Assembly: GCA_051439425.1 (NCBI GenBank)
Contig: JBFRWD010000065.1
Span: 1 to 31,255, forward strand
Length of the DNA stretch: 31,255 nucleotides
Direction of reading: 5' to 3'
Source of the DNA: Synechococcus sp.
GTDB lineage: Bacteria; Cyanobacteriota; Cyanobacteriia; Thermostichales; PCC-7336
Positions 1-9,106 of this stretch are shown here, in pieces. The translations under genes and the position numbers were made by a program. Within the stretch, counting starts at the first letter, position 1; every line of letters begins with the position of its first letter. Below the pieces are notes generated by a model. The model did no database searches, was not told where the DNA came from, and saw only the letters and a list, made by a program, of their open reading frames with translations.

Positions 1-67
1 TCTTTTCTCCTCGTTCGATTGCTTTGAGGACTTTCAGGCGTAGGTCCATGCTGTAGGCGGCTGGCAT
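1..67 (-). CDS. IS630-family transposase, N-terminal fragment (truncated by window edge)
   Basis: Manual translation from ATG at 67-65 gives MPAAYSMDLRLKVLKAIERGEK, matching the MPAPYSxDLRxKV start of IS630 HTH domains. Not in the ORF track. Confidence 0.75.
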   Translation of the reverse strand, partial: MPAAYSMDLRLKVLKAIERGEK

Positions 68-127
68 AAGCGAGATGGCACTCATCAATCCAACCAATAT
101 GTCCTAACTGCCTATTCGTTTGCAATA
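1..127 (-). mobile_element. Left end of an IS630-family insertion sequence (continues off the window)
   Basis: The minus strand from 127 reads TA-TTGCAAACGAATAGGCAGTTAGGACA, resembling cyanobacterial IS630 termini (TATAGCA...GTTAGGACA). A transposase-like ORF starts ~60 bp inside. Confidence 0.7.
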
Positions 128-224
128 CGAAGGCATCAAAGTTGCTCGCTACGTGCTCTAACTTGGACTTAATAAACGCCTAGCTCTGGTTGGGCTGGGC
201 GTTTGAATGCTTAGTCTATGAGGA

Positions 225-297
225 TGGAGCTTAGCGGACTCGAACCGCTGACCCCTTCAATGCCATTGAAGTGCTCTACCAGCTGAGCTAAAGCCCC
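225..297 (-). tRNA. trnA: tRNA-Ala (anticodon GGC)
   Basis: Reverse complement GGGGCTTTAGCTCAGCTGGTAGAGCACTTCAATGGCATTGAAGGGGTCAGCGGTTCGAGTCCGCTAAGCTCCA. Acceptor stem GGGGCTT/AAGCTCC, anticodon stem CTTCA/TGAAG with GGC, T-arm GGTTCGAGTCC. 73 nt, CCA not encoded. Confidence 0.97.
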
Positions 298-314
298 GTA
301 ACTTACGGACTTAT

Positions 315-343
315 AGAATGCAGGATGCCAAGCCGCTTGTCAA
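315..343 (-). promoter_or_regulatory. Probable sigma70-type promoter of tRNA-Ala
   Basis: Minus strand TTGACA (343-338), 17-bp spacer, CATTCT, ending ~17 bp upstream of the tRNA 5' end. Confidence 0.5.
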
Positions 344-372
344 TACTTGAGAGAATACTGCTCGAAAAGAGC

Positions 373-417
373 TGACTTCTGAGCGATTGACTTTTGAGCC
401 ATTGACTTCTGAGCGAT
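373..417. repeat. Three tandem 15-bp repeats
   Basis: TGACTTCTGAGCGAT / TGACTTTTGAGCCAT / TGACTTCTGAGCGAT. Confidence 0.85.
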
Positions 418-423
418 CTCGAT

Positions 424-453
424 GGAGGAGACTGATGTGGGTTCGTCTCCCCC
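424..453 (-). terminator. Possible stem-loop downstream of apcD
   Basis: GGAGGAGAC (424-432) pairs with GTCTCCCCC (445-453), running into a C10 tract (449-458). No clear U-tract. Confidence 0.3.
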
Positions 454-469
454 CCCCCACAATCGATGA

Positions 470-958
470 TTATGCAGCCATAGCGCTGATGATGTAGTCG
501 AAGAAAGGCTCTGCTTCCGAAGCGTCCTCAGTATTGAGGAGGGACAGAGACACTTCTTTCATAAATTGCATTGCATCGACCATTCCGGGAATGGGCACGT
601 TCAGGGCGTTGTACATTTCTCGTACACCAACTAGGCCGATGGATTCGATCGGTCCCTTGTCGCCAGCGATGATGCCGTAGGTGATCAGGCGTAAGTACCA
701 GTCGTAGTCGCGCAAGCACTGATTGTATTGTTTAGGACTGGATGCGTTCCCGCCCTGCTGACGATATTCGGGACGTTTGGCGAACAACAGTCGTTGGGAT
801 TCATCTACGATTTTCTTGCGATTCTCCGTTAGCACTTCTGCAATCCGCAGGCGACGGGCACCGCTGCCCATATAGTCTTTAACTGCGGCTAGCTCGCTCG
901 ATGTCGGGTAGCGCAGTTCGTCATCGGCGACTTCGATAATGTCATTGATCACGCTCAC
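470..958 (-). CDS. apcD: Allophycocyanin subunit alpha-B (ApcD1 type)
   Basis: 162 aa, GTG start. ADDELRYPT, GGNA, chromophore Cys in CLRDYxWYLRLITYG, and IGLVGVREMYNAL are ApcD hallmarks. Confidence 0.93.
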   Translation of the reverse strand: MSVINDIIEVADDELRYPTSSELAAVKDYMGSGARRLRIAEVLTENRKKIVDESQRLLFAKRPEYRQQGGNASSPKQYNQCLRDYDWYLRLITYGIIAGDKGPIESIGLVGVREMYNALNVPIPGMVDAMQFMKEVSLSLLNTEDASEAEPFFDYIISAMAA

Positions 959-1118
959 AATAGAGAGTCTCCGGTTGCTAATGAGATTTGATTAAAAAGG
1001 GTTGCCACAAGTTGTAATCGAACTCGCTGGAGAAACGCAACTGTCAAACGGGCCTCAGCGAATGGTTCGAGGATTCAATCCAAGATAGCTGGACTGAGCC
1101 ACCGAGTCCTTCGAATAA

Positions 1119-1126
1119 GCGATCGC
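1119..1126. repeat. HIP1 octamer GCGATCGC (one example of many across the window)
   Basis: Further exact copies at e.g. 1980, 3654, 6120, 6893, 8591, 10286, 11015. Over-representation is typical of cyanobacteria. Confidence 0.9.
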
Positions 1127-1544
1127 CTGCGGCAACAGAGTTACGAGTTCGCATTTGTAACAACCAGGTTTATTTTACTAAACCCAGCACCACTCCCATC
1201 AGAAATCATCTCCAGCTTTGTAGCGCCTTTGATCTGAGGGCAGGAGGTCAGCGAGTTCTGCATTCCTCAGTCGAGATTGCAGCAGAAAAAGACCATTGGA
1301 TCGGCTGTACAGAAAGGGATACAGATATTATTGGAATGAATCAAACATGCCAACTGACCTCTAGCCGATTGACGTGAATACTGGTAGAAGCGCCTTTCGA
1401 AAATGTGAAGAAACACAAAGGAGGTCGATCTGCAAGCAGTTACTCGAGCAGTTGCTCAAATGGGTGGAGATCGCATTGGGTGAGCTGAATAACCCCTTCC
1501 CCCAATGATGGATCGCCTTGTCAAAGGTCAAGTTTTTCACCCAG

Positions 1545-3008
1545 TTAAATGCGTCCTCTCAGCATTTGACTCATCTCATTCGAACGCGGAGATGCTTCCA
1601 ATGCCACCTCTGCCGTGATCTTGCCTTCTTCATACAGGTTGTAGAGGGATTGATTCATGGTCACCATGCCGTCATAGGTCGACTGAGGAATTAAGGCTTC
1701 GATGTCGTCGATCGCCCCTCGCTTGATGTAGTCCTTGACCGCATCAGTATTCACCAAAATTTCGTGGGCAGCAGCACGTTTGCCGTCAGTTGTTTTCACT
1801 AGGGTCTGTGCGATCGTGGCCACCATCGTTTCGGCAATTTGCAGACGCATGGGTTCCTGTTCGTCAGGATTGTAGATGTTGAGCAAACGTTCGATGGTTT
1901 TTACCGCACTGTTGGTGTGTAGGGTTCCAAACACCAAGTGACCAGTTTGACCGGCTTTGAGAGCGGTATCGACAGTTTCGCGATCGCGCATTTCGCCAAT
2001 CAGAATAATGTCGGGGTCTTCACGCAGCGACGCTTTCAGGGCGTTAGAAAACTCCAACGTATGAATCCCTACCTCCCGCTGCCGAATCATACTTTTCTGA
2101 CTGGAGTGCACGAATTCAATTGGGTCCTCAATCGAAATAAGGTGCTTGGCCATGGTGCGATTGATGAAATCCACCATCGCAGCCAAGGTCGTGGACTTAC
2201 CAGACCCCGTCGGGCCAGTGACCAGTACCAATCCTTTATGCTGCTTGGAAATATCTCGCAATACTTCCGGCAGATTGAGCTGTTCCATTGTCAAAATGGT
2301 CAGCGGAATTAGTCGCAGCACCATTGCAGGCCCGAGCAACGAGACAAACACGTTGACGCGGCAGCGTACAAATCCTTCGTAGTGAATCGCGGTATCCAGC
2401 TCCATGCGCTGGTTAAACTCTTCCACCTGCGATTCCGGGATTGATTCACGCATCCAACTGTAGAAGACGTCCTCAGTGGTGACGGGGTGAGAGCTGGGAA
2501 CCATTTCCCCTCGACCTCTAAACCGGGGAACTTCGCCAACTCCCAGATGAATATCGGAGTAATTATTTTCGAATGCTTCCCGCACTAGCTGCTCTAGCGT
2601 TACGTGATTGACCTTTGTTCGGGGGGCTGCAGTTTGAGGGGCATTCGTCCCAGGGCGAGCGGGAGGTCTTACCGGCGGAGCGGGAGGAGGAGGGGCTGCC
2701 GCCGCTAAAGGTCTGGCGGATATCGGCGGCGGCGGTGGAATTGCAGCAGAATCGATCGCCGTGGATGTTGAAATTGCTGTGGGAGTAGGAGGGCGATCGA
2801 AAATATCGGCAGGTAGTGGGGTTTGAGGAGGAGCAGGAGACGCCGCCGGAACCGCCCGTTTCCCCGATCGTGTGGGAGGACTATCCGCCAGAGTTTTATT
2901 CAAGGGATCGAGGGCGGTGCTGTCGGGGGATGCATCAGTACCGGTAGGGATAGGGGGTAACCCATTGACATCTGCAAAGGTGGGGGGCAGTCCGTTCGTT
3001 TCGCTCAT
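1545..3008 (-). CDS. pilT: Type IV pilus retraction ATPase PilT, PilT2-like with Pro-rich N-terminal extension
   Basis: SDIHL, Walker A GPTGSGKST, TIEDPIEF-like SIEDPIEF, LREDPDIILIGEMRD, GHLVFGTLHTNSA. About 130 aa Pro/Ala-rich N-terminus. Confidence 0.92.
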   Translation of the reverse strand: MSETNGLPPTFADVNGLPPIPTGTDASPDSTALDPLNKTLADSPPTRSGKRAVPAASPAPPQTPLPADIFDRPPTPTAISTSTAIDSAAIPPPPPISARPLAAAAPPPPAPPVRPPARPGTNAPQTAAPRTKVNHVTLEQLVREAFENNYSDIHLGVGEVPRFRGRGEMVPSSHPVTTEDVFYSWMRESIPESQVEEFNQRMELDTAIHYEGFVRCRVNVFVSLLGPAMVLRLIPLTILTMEQLNLPEVLRDISKQHKGLVLVTGPTGSGKSTTLAAMVDFINRTMAKHLISIEDPIEFVHSSQKSMIRQREVGIHTLEFSNALKASLREDPDIILIGEMRDRETVDTALKAGQTGHLVFGTLHTNSAVKTIERLLNIYNPDEQEPMRLQIAETMVATIAQTLVKTTDGKRAAAHEILVNTDAVKDYIKRGAIDDIEALIPQSTYDGMVTMNQSLYNLYEEGKITAEVALEASPRSNEMSQMLRGRI

Positions 3009-3244
3009 GAAACCTCGTCTTAATCCGAGTCTGTTGGCCGCGAACAGATGCTCGGTCGCAGGGTGGACAGGAAAGGGATAGCAGTCCGATCGGCCACGGA
3101 TGTCTCATACCGCAGTTAAGACATAGTGCTGTTTGTGACTGCCAAACATCGATAGTCTACCCAGGCCCTTCCATGACAATACGTTGAGTCTTCGTGCGAT
3201 CGGGAAATGGCGAACTCTGTGCCGGTTTTGGGGGAAGCGTGGCT

Positions 3245-4462
3245 TTAGGTCAAGCGCTCTTTTGGGGCCAACAGTTGCTGGATTTGGGCTGCGATTCTTC
3301 GGGATGCTCCAGGGTGTCCCATGCGTAAAGTTGCATTCGCCTTTAAATTCGGAGGGTGTTCGAGAACATGCTGGATGGCAGTCGCGGCACCTTCGGGATT
3401 ACTGGCCAGCGTCACACTGGGCCCCAGCAATCGCCGTTGAGTTTCTGCAAAGGTATGGGTAAACTGCGGCCCCTCTCCCGGCATCGAAATAACAGGTTTT
3501 CCCAACCCCACACATTGTTCGTTAGCGGTACCGGCCATGCCCAGAACGGCATCAGCCCGTTGCGCGCACCCTGCAAAGTGCCCCTGAAACACAATGGGAG
3601 ATGGCAACTCATTGGGCCAGGCGTCTCGCAATCGATCGCAATCTAGCTGAGGCGCGATCGCCGCAAAGCAACAAATGGTATTCGGTAACAGACGAACAGC
3701 TGACGCCATCAAACTCCAGTTTCGATAGGCTTCAGGGCTGCGAGACCCCGGCAATAGCAGCAGCGCTGGCCGCTCGTCAGGGATGCGTGCCAAAAGGTTG
3801 GGATAACTGGAATTCAAGCGATTTGGATCGAGATCGTCCATCATTGGATTACCCATATCGAACACAGGCAATCCAAACTGCTTCAAGCTAGAGGCGGTCA
3901 AGGAGTCTCGGGGAAATACCGCCAGGCAGCGATTGGGGCGCATCAACCAACGCTCCCAGGGGGCGTACACCGTCAATGGTTTTTGATTCAATAGCATTCG
4001 GCCTTGGAGCCGCAGCTTGAGACGATTCCACCACCGATAAGGACCGCGATCTCCCACAATGAAATAATCGGACTTTGCCGTTCCAATAAAGGCATAAGGA
4101 CGACGACTCCAATAGGCCAACAGTTGTACGACGATATCCCCAACAGCCAGCACCAGATCGAATTGGGAACCGAACTGACGAATTGCCCTCATTTGACGCA
4201 GGGTTAATCCGGCCAGACCGCCACGGATGTCCCCTAAAAACTGCTTCCAATCCATGTACAGAAAGCCTCCTGAGGGCATTGTGTCTTGGACTGGACCTAC
4301 GAGCGGTATTCCTTGCTGTCGATAGGCATTTCCCCGCCCCACTATGGGCATCGCACTGACATCGATACCGAGCTGGCGAAGTTCCGCAGCTACCTGGATA
4401 GCAATTCGATCCTCTCCATAGCCATTACTGAGGCACAAGATACGCAGTTGCTGGGTGGGCAC
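3245..4462 (-). CDS. Lipid-A-disaccharide synthase-related protein (cyanobacterial GT-B family, TIGR03492-like)
   Basis: LCLSNGYGED, MPSGGF, AVGD, FIGTAKSDY, GNPMMD, LLPGSRSPEA, MAGTANEQCVGLGKP and GPQFT motifs. Confidence 0.82.
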   Translation of the reverse strand: MPTQQLRILCLSNGYGEDRIAIQVAAELRQLGIDVSAMPIVGRGNAYRQQGIPLVGPVQDTMPSGGFLYMDWKQFLGDIRGGLAGLTLRQMRAIRQFGSQFDLVLAVGDIVVQLLAYWSRRPYAFIGTAKSDYFIVGDRGPYRWWNRLKLRLQGRMLLNQKPLTVYAPWERWLMRPNRCLAVFPRDSLTASSLKQFGLPVFDMGNPMMDDLDPNRLNSSYPNLLARIPDERPALLLLPGSRSPEAYRNWSLMASAVRLLPNTICCFAAIAPQLDCDRLRDAWPNELPSPIVFQGHFAGCAQRADAVLGMAGTANEQCVGLGKPVISMPGEGPQFTHTFAETQRRLLGPSVTLASNPEGAATAIQHVLEHPPNLKANATLRMGHPGASRRIAAQIQQLLAPKERLT

Positions 4463-4989
4463 AGGGAAAACGGTAGCAACAATGGGCGATACACTCTATC
4501 AATCAATGAATTGAATAGCTCGTCAAGCAACGCTACATTGCTGCTGCTCGCATTCCTATGAACAAGACACGCCTTCATCGAGCAGGTGCCTAAAATCGAA
4601 CGTTCTGTGAAAAATCTTTAACCAAAGAGCACTCGGAGCATTCTAATCGGTGGGTCTAGGAGTTTTGCGTAACAAGTCAAGTTGCTTTCTTTGTGAAAAG
4701 GCACAAACGATTTGATTATTTAATGTTTCATTTAAGCCCCATTCGTTGTCAGCAATATAAACGTCTTGCATTGCCTATCTTTTCTGATGCGGCTCGGCGA
4801 CAATGAGGGCCGTAATGCTTATAGATGCTGGAGTTGTGCTTAAACGGGAGGACAAAATGCGTTATCCAAGCTTCCTCAATGATGTGCAATCCTTATTTAG
4901 ATCCGGGTGGATCTGAGTTCGTTTCTGGGAACATTGATATTCCGACGTGGAAAAACGGGCTCAGCTTCAGCCAGTAAACTAGGAGCGAA

Positions 4990-5772
4990 ATGGTATCGAT
5001 CTCTGCAAAATCAGTGGCATTTTCCCTGTCAATTGGGCCGCGCACAATCGGCACAGACGACCTTCCTAGCTTGCTCGAACGCTACCAATTGATGCCTCAG
5101 TTGGTTCGAGAGCTGGTGATTGATGATGCGATTTCATCAGTGGCCTTGGAACCTGGGGCGGTTGATGATGGGGTGATGCAGGTGCGTCTGCGGAATCAGA
5201 TTCAAACGGACGAACAGTTTTCAGCGTGGTTGGCCCATAACGACCTAACACAAGAGACTCTCGCCAGTCGACTGGAGCGCACGCTCAAAATTGAGCAGTT
5301 CAAACAGGATCGCTGGGATTCCAAGCTTGATGGCATCTTTCTGGAGAATAAAACCCAGTACGACAAGGCCATTTATTCGCTAATTCGGACTGAAGATGCT
5401 TATGCGGCTCAAGAGCTCTATTTCAGGCTGCAGGAAAACGACAAGGCGTTTGGCGAGATTGCCAGTCAGTACAGCCAAGGTCCCGAGGCCAAAACGGGGG
5501 GGATGGTTGGCCCTGTGCCGCTAGGCAACATCCATCCTTCATTGATACAAATCCTGTCTTCGAGCAAGCCGGGTCAGCTCCATCCTCCGGTTCGCCTGGA
5601 CAAGTGGAATGTGATTGTACGTCTGGAGCAAATGCTCCCGGCTCAATTGGACGATGCCATGCGTCAAACACTACTAACGCAGCTTTACGATGATTGGCTG
5701 GCCGAGGAAGTGGCAGACGTACTTGCGCACCACAATCAGCCAGCCACAACAGAATCAGCATCGCCCCAATAG
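4990..5772 (+). CDS. Parvulin/PpiC-type peptidyl-prolyl isomerase associated with type I secretion cassettes
   Basis: YSLIRT..AQELYFRLQE...FGEIASQYSQGPEAKTGGMVGPV parvulin-like core. No signal peptide. Directly upstream of the ABC transporter. Confidence 0.85.
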   Translation: MVSISAKSVAFSLSIGPRTIGTDDLPSLLERYQLMPQLVRELVIDDAISSVALEPGAVDDGVMQVRLRNQIQTDEQFSAWLAHNDLTQETLASRLERTLKIEQFKQDRWDSKLDGIFLENKTQYDKAIYSLIRTEDAYAAQELYFRLQENDKAFGEIASQYSQGPEAKTGGMVGPVPLGNIHPSLIQILSSSKPGQLHPPVRLDKWNVIVRLEQMLPAQLDDAMRQTLLTQLYDDWLAEEVADVLAHHNQPATTESASPQ

Positions 5773-5821
5773 CGCGCGACTGTAACCGATATCGAAGTAA
5801 CGGCCCTTCTTAAACGGCACT

Positions 5822-8800
5822 ATGACTTCAACATCTTCCCCGTCTTCGTCCTCTCCGTCCTCTACCGACAGTTGGTTGAGCCAGCAACCACCATTCGACC
5901 GATTGCCCCCCAACGCTATTTCTCAGCTGAGTCAGCAAGTTCGGTGGGTGCGTTATCGCATGGGGCAACCGATGGTGCCCCGCGATCGTCTCCCCGGCCA
6001 AATCTATATTCTGTCCAAAGGGCAAGCACGGACGATTGGCCACGATCCCGACACCAATATGCCTGCCTCTCTCGCATCGTTGGGCACCGGCCAGCTAGTG
6101 GGATGGTTAGGACTAGTACGCGATCGCCCCTGTGAAGCGGTGATTTCGTCAACCGAATCAACTGCGGCTGTCATGCCGTCGACAGCATTCCTCGAACTCC
6201 TCGAGCGCTATCCCGAACTGGCAAAGTGGACGCAAACGCCACAATTGTTGGAGGTGTATGACCTGCTCGGTATTTACTTGCAGGGTCGAGCAGATGGCAA
6301 AGTCATCTTCGAGCGACAAGGGGTTAACGATTTGCGGGAACTGACCCTCAAATTAGCTCCGCGAGCCACCCTGCAGATAGTAGAACGGGCCACCGATGCC
6401 GAATCTTTGGATGAAGATACCCTGTGGCTGGTGAGTAATGGGGCCGCTGTTGGCAGCGAAATTGAATCCGTAGGAGATGCGCAGCGGGTATTGGCTGAGG
6501 TAGAGGCCCCCCTGCGATTGATTGGCATTCCTGTTACAGCCTTGCTTAGTTCTAGCTCGGTTGCCCACGCCCTCTCTGTGGCGAGCAATGCCAAAACAAC
6601 AAAAACCTCAGCTCTAGCCAGTAGTGGGTCAAGTGCGTTGGCGCTAGACGGTACTGAAATTCCCTTTGCTGAAGGGGCACTAGAGACGTTACCGGATAGC
6701 CGCAAGCAGCGCCGCCAGAGTTCCAGCGAGCGGTTTCCGTTCGTGCGCGGTCGCGGACCGATTGACGCTCCGATGGCCTGCTTTCAGATGCTGAGCCAGT
6801 ACTTCAATGTTCCTTTCCGGCGAGATGTAGTGCGGCGGGTATTGCTCAATCAACAAGAGCGCGTTGGAACGATTTCGCTGCAGGCATGTGGAGCGATCGC
6901 CGAAATGATGGGGCTGAATGCTCAGTTGTTTGCTGCTCCCTCGGTGGCGATCGGGCAAATTCAGACTCCATCAATGCTGGAATGGCGCGATCGGTTAATC
7001 GTTGTGTTTGCCGCTAATGCCAAAGAACTAACGATTGCAATTCCCGAGGAGGGAATGCGCACGATCTCCATTGATGATTTCGTGCAGGCAGCAGGCGATG
7101 AAATTGAGGTGGTGTCACTGCAGAAAACGCAGTACACCCCCGAACAGCGATTCAGTCTCAAGTGGTTTTGGCCATCCATTGTCAAGTACCGAAAAGTACT
7201 GCTGGAAGTTCTAATTGCATCGATCTTCGTCCAGCTCTTTGCCTTAGCTAACCCGTTGATGGTGCAAATCATCATTGACAAGGTGATCGTGCAAGGGAGC
7301 CTCGCCACTCTGAATGTGTTGGGAGGCTTGCTGATTGCGGTCGCCCTGTTTGAAGGCATTTTGACTGCCATTCGTACCAATCTATTTGCCGATACGACGA
7401 ACCGAATTGATATGGCATTGGGAACGCAGGTGATTAATCACCTGCTGCACTTGCCCATGCGGTATTTTGGTCGGCGACCGGTGGGTGAGTTGGCCAGCCG
7501 TGTAAACGAGCTAGAAAATATCCGTCAGTTTTTAACGGGTACAGCTCTAACCGTGGTCTTGGATGCCATCTTCTCGGTGGTTTATATCGTTGTCATGCTG
7601 TTCTACAGCTGGCTTCTCACGCTTGTGGCCTTATCCACCGTGCCGCTGTTTGCCTTGCTGACCCTCACTGTTGCTCCCGTATTAAGACAGCAGGTTAGAA
7701 CTAAGGCAGAGCGTAATGCCGAGACCCAGGCCTATCTGGTTGAAGCAGTTTCGGGGATTGAAACAGTAAAGGCCCAAAATATCGAACTATCGACTCGCTG
7801 GCAGTGGCAACAAAAATATGCCCGCTACGTAAGTGCAGGCTTTAAAACAGTAATTACGTCCAGTACGGCTGGTTCTATCAGTAGCTTCTTGAATAAACTC
7901 TCAGGACTACTCCTGCTGTGGGTAGGCTCGGCCCTGGTATTGAGTGGCGATCTCACTCTAGGTCAAGTCATTGCGTTCCGGATTATTGCAGGCTATGTAA
8001 CCCAACCTCTATTGCGTCTGATTCAGCTTTGGCAAAACTTCCAAGAGACGGCTCTATCTCTAGAACGACTTAGCGACATCCTCGATCATCCTCAAGAGGT
8101 GGAAGGGGACGATCTCAACAACATCCCCATGCCTTCTATTCGGGGCGCTGTCGCGTTTGAGGATGTCAGTTTCCGCTTCAAAGACAGCGGGCCATTGCAG
8201 CTTAAGTCGGTTAATCTATCGTTCTCCCCCGGTCAGTTTGTCGGCATTGTGGGACAGAGTGGCTCTGGTAAGAGCACATTGATGAAACTGTTGATGCGGC
8301 TGTACAACCCTGTGGAGGGACGGATTACGGTCGATCGCTACGACATCCGCAAGGTCGACCTCTACTCGCTGCGACGTCAAATTGGCATGGTGTTGCAAGA
8401 CTCGTTGTTGTTTGAAGGAACGGTGCAGGAGAATATTGCGCTCACCAATCCTGACGCATCAGTTGAAGAAATCGTACAGGCGGCCAAAGTCGCATTTGCC
8501 CACGACTTCATCATGGAACTGCCCAATGGGTATAACACTCGGGTGGGTGAACGAGGGACAGGGTTGTCGGGCGGTCAGCGCCAACGGATCGCGATCGCTC
8601 GTGTTGTTTTGCAAAACCCCACTTTATTGATCATGGACGAGGCTACCAGTGCCCTCGATTACAATTCAGAACGGCAGGTGTGCACCAACCTAGCCAAAGC
8701 GTTCTCCGATCGCACGGTATTCTTTATCACCCACCGACTCAGCACGATTCGTCAGGCAGACACAATTGTAATGATGGATAAAGGCGCTCCCGCGGAGCAA

Positions 8801-8875
8801 GGGACTCACGATGAGCTCATGGCCCTTCGAGGTCGCTACTACACCCTTTACCAGCAACAAGAAGCAATGACGTAG
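5822..8875 (+). CDS. HlyB-family type I secretion ABC transporter (cNMP-like + C39-like + TMD + NBD)
   Basis: 1017 aa. N-terminal cNMP-fold segment, C39-like segment (DAPMACFQML), TMD (QIIIDKVI, ELENIRQFLTG), Walker A GQSGSGKST, LSGGQRQR, LIMDEAT. Confidence 0.92.
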   Translation: MTSTSSPSSSSPSSTDSWLSQQPPFDRLPPNAISQLSQQVRWVRYRMGQPMVPRDRLPGQIYILSKGQARTIGHDPDTNMPASLASLGTGQLVGWLGLVRDRPCEAVISSTESTAAVMPSTAFLELLERYPELAKWTQTPQLLEVYDLLGIYLQGRADGKVIFERQGVNDLRELTLKLAPRATLQIVERATDAESLDEDTLWLVSNGAAVGSEIESVGDAQRVLAEVEAPLRLIGIPVTALLSSSSVAHALSVASNAKTTKTSALASSGSSALALDGTEIPFAEGALETLPDSRKQRRQSSSERFPFVRGRGPIDAPMACFQMLSQYFNVPFRRDVVRRVLLNQQERVGTISLQACGAIAEMMGLNAQLFAAPSVAIGQIQTPSMLEWRDRLIVVFAANAKELTIAIPEEGMRTISIDDFVQAAGDEIEVVSLQKTQYTPEQRFSLKWFWPSIVKYRKVLLEVLIASIFVQLFALANPLMVQIIIDKVIVQGSLATLNVLGGLLIAVALFEGILTAIRTNLFADTTNRIDMALGTQVINHLLHLPMRYFGRRPVGELASRVNELENIRQFLTGTALTVVLDAIFSVVYIVVMLFYSWLLTLVALSTVPLFALLTLTVAPVLRQQVRTKAERNAETQAYLVEAVSGIETVKAQNIELSTRWQWQQKYARYVSAGFKTVITSSTAGSISSFLNKLSGLLLLWVGSALVLSGDLTLGQVIAFRIIAGYVTQPLLRLIQLWQNFQETALSLERLSDILDHPQEVEGDDLNNIPMPSIRGAVAFEDVSFRFKDSGPLQLKSVNLSFSPGQFVGIVGQSGSGKSTLMKLLMRLYNPVEGRITVDRYDIRKVDLYSLRRQIGMVLQDSLLFEGTVQENIALTNPDASVEEIVQAAKVAFAHDFIMELPNGYNTRVGERGTGLSGGQRQRIAIARVVLQNPTLLIMDEATSALDYNSERQVCTNLAKAFSDRTVFFITHRLSTIRQADTIVMMDKGAPAEQGTHDELMALRGRYYTLYQQQEAMT

Positions 8876-9106
8876 CTTGCATTGCGTCGTACCACCACCA
8901 ACATGCATCGGTGGAATGAGCCGATAGTGGGTAGCTCGCCTCGTTGACCGGTGTACGCTTATTTTTTCATTGTCTCTGGCTGCAATAACCCATTCGATCG
9001 CTCCCCCTAATCAGTAATGCTTTTGCGCCGGAATCGGCATCAACCCATCTAGCGCCAACCCATCTCACCTGACCCATTTCGAGGAATCCACAGAGGATTG
9101 TGTCCC

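Noticed and set aside
470..958. Far-red or low-light ApcD variant (FaRLiP/LoLiP)
   Set aside because: It has the ADDELRYP and GGNA features of ApcD1, and no apcB/apcE/isiX paralogues or rfp genes are adjacent.
1140..1323. NtcA or RpaB sites upstream of apcD
   Set aside because: The dyads found (GTTAC-N12-GTAAC, GTA-N10-TAC) have the wrong spacing for GTA-N8-TAC, and HLR1 matches are weak.
5822..8875. Bacteriocin/RiPP processing transporter
   Set aside because: The C39 catalytic Cys and His appear absent, and no double-glycine precursor or modification enzyme is visible.
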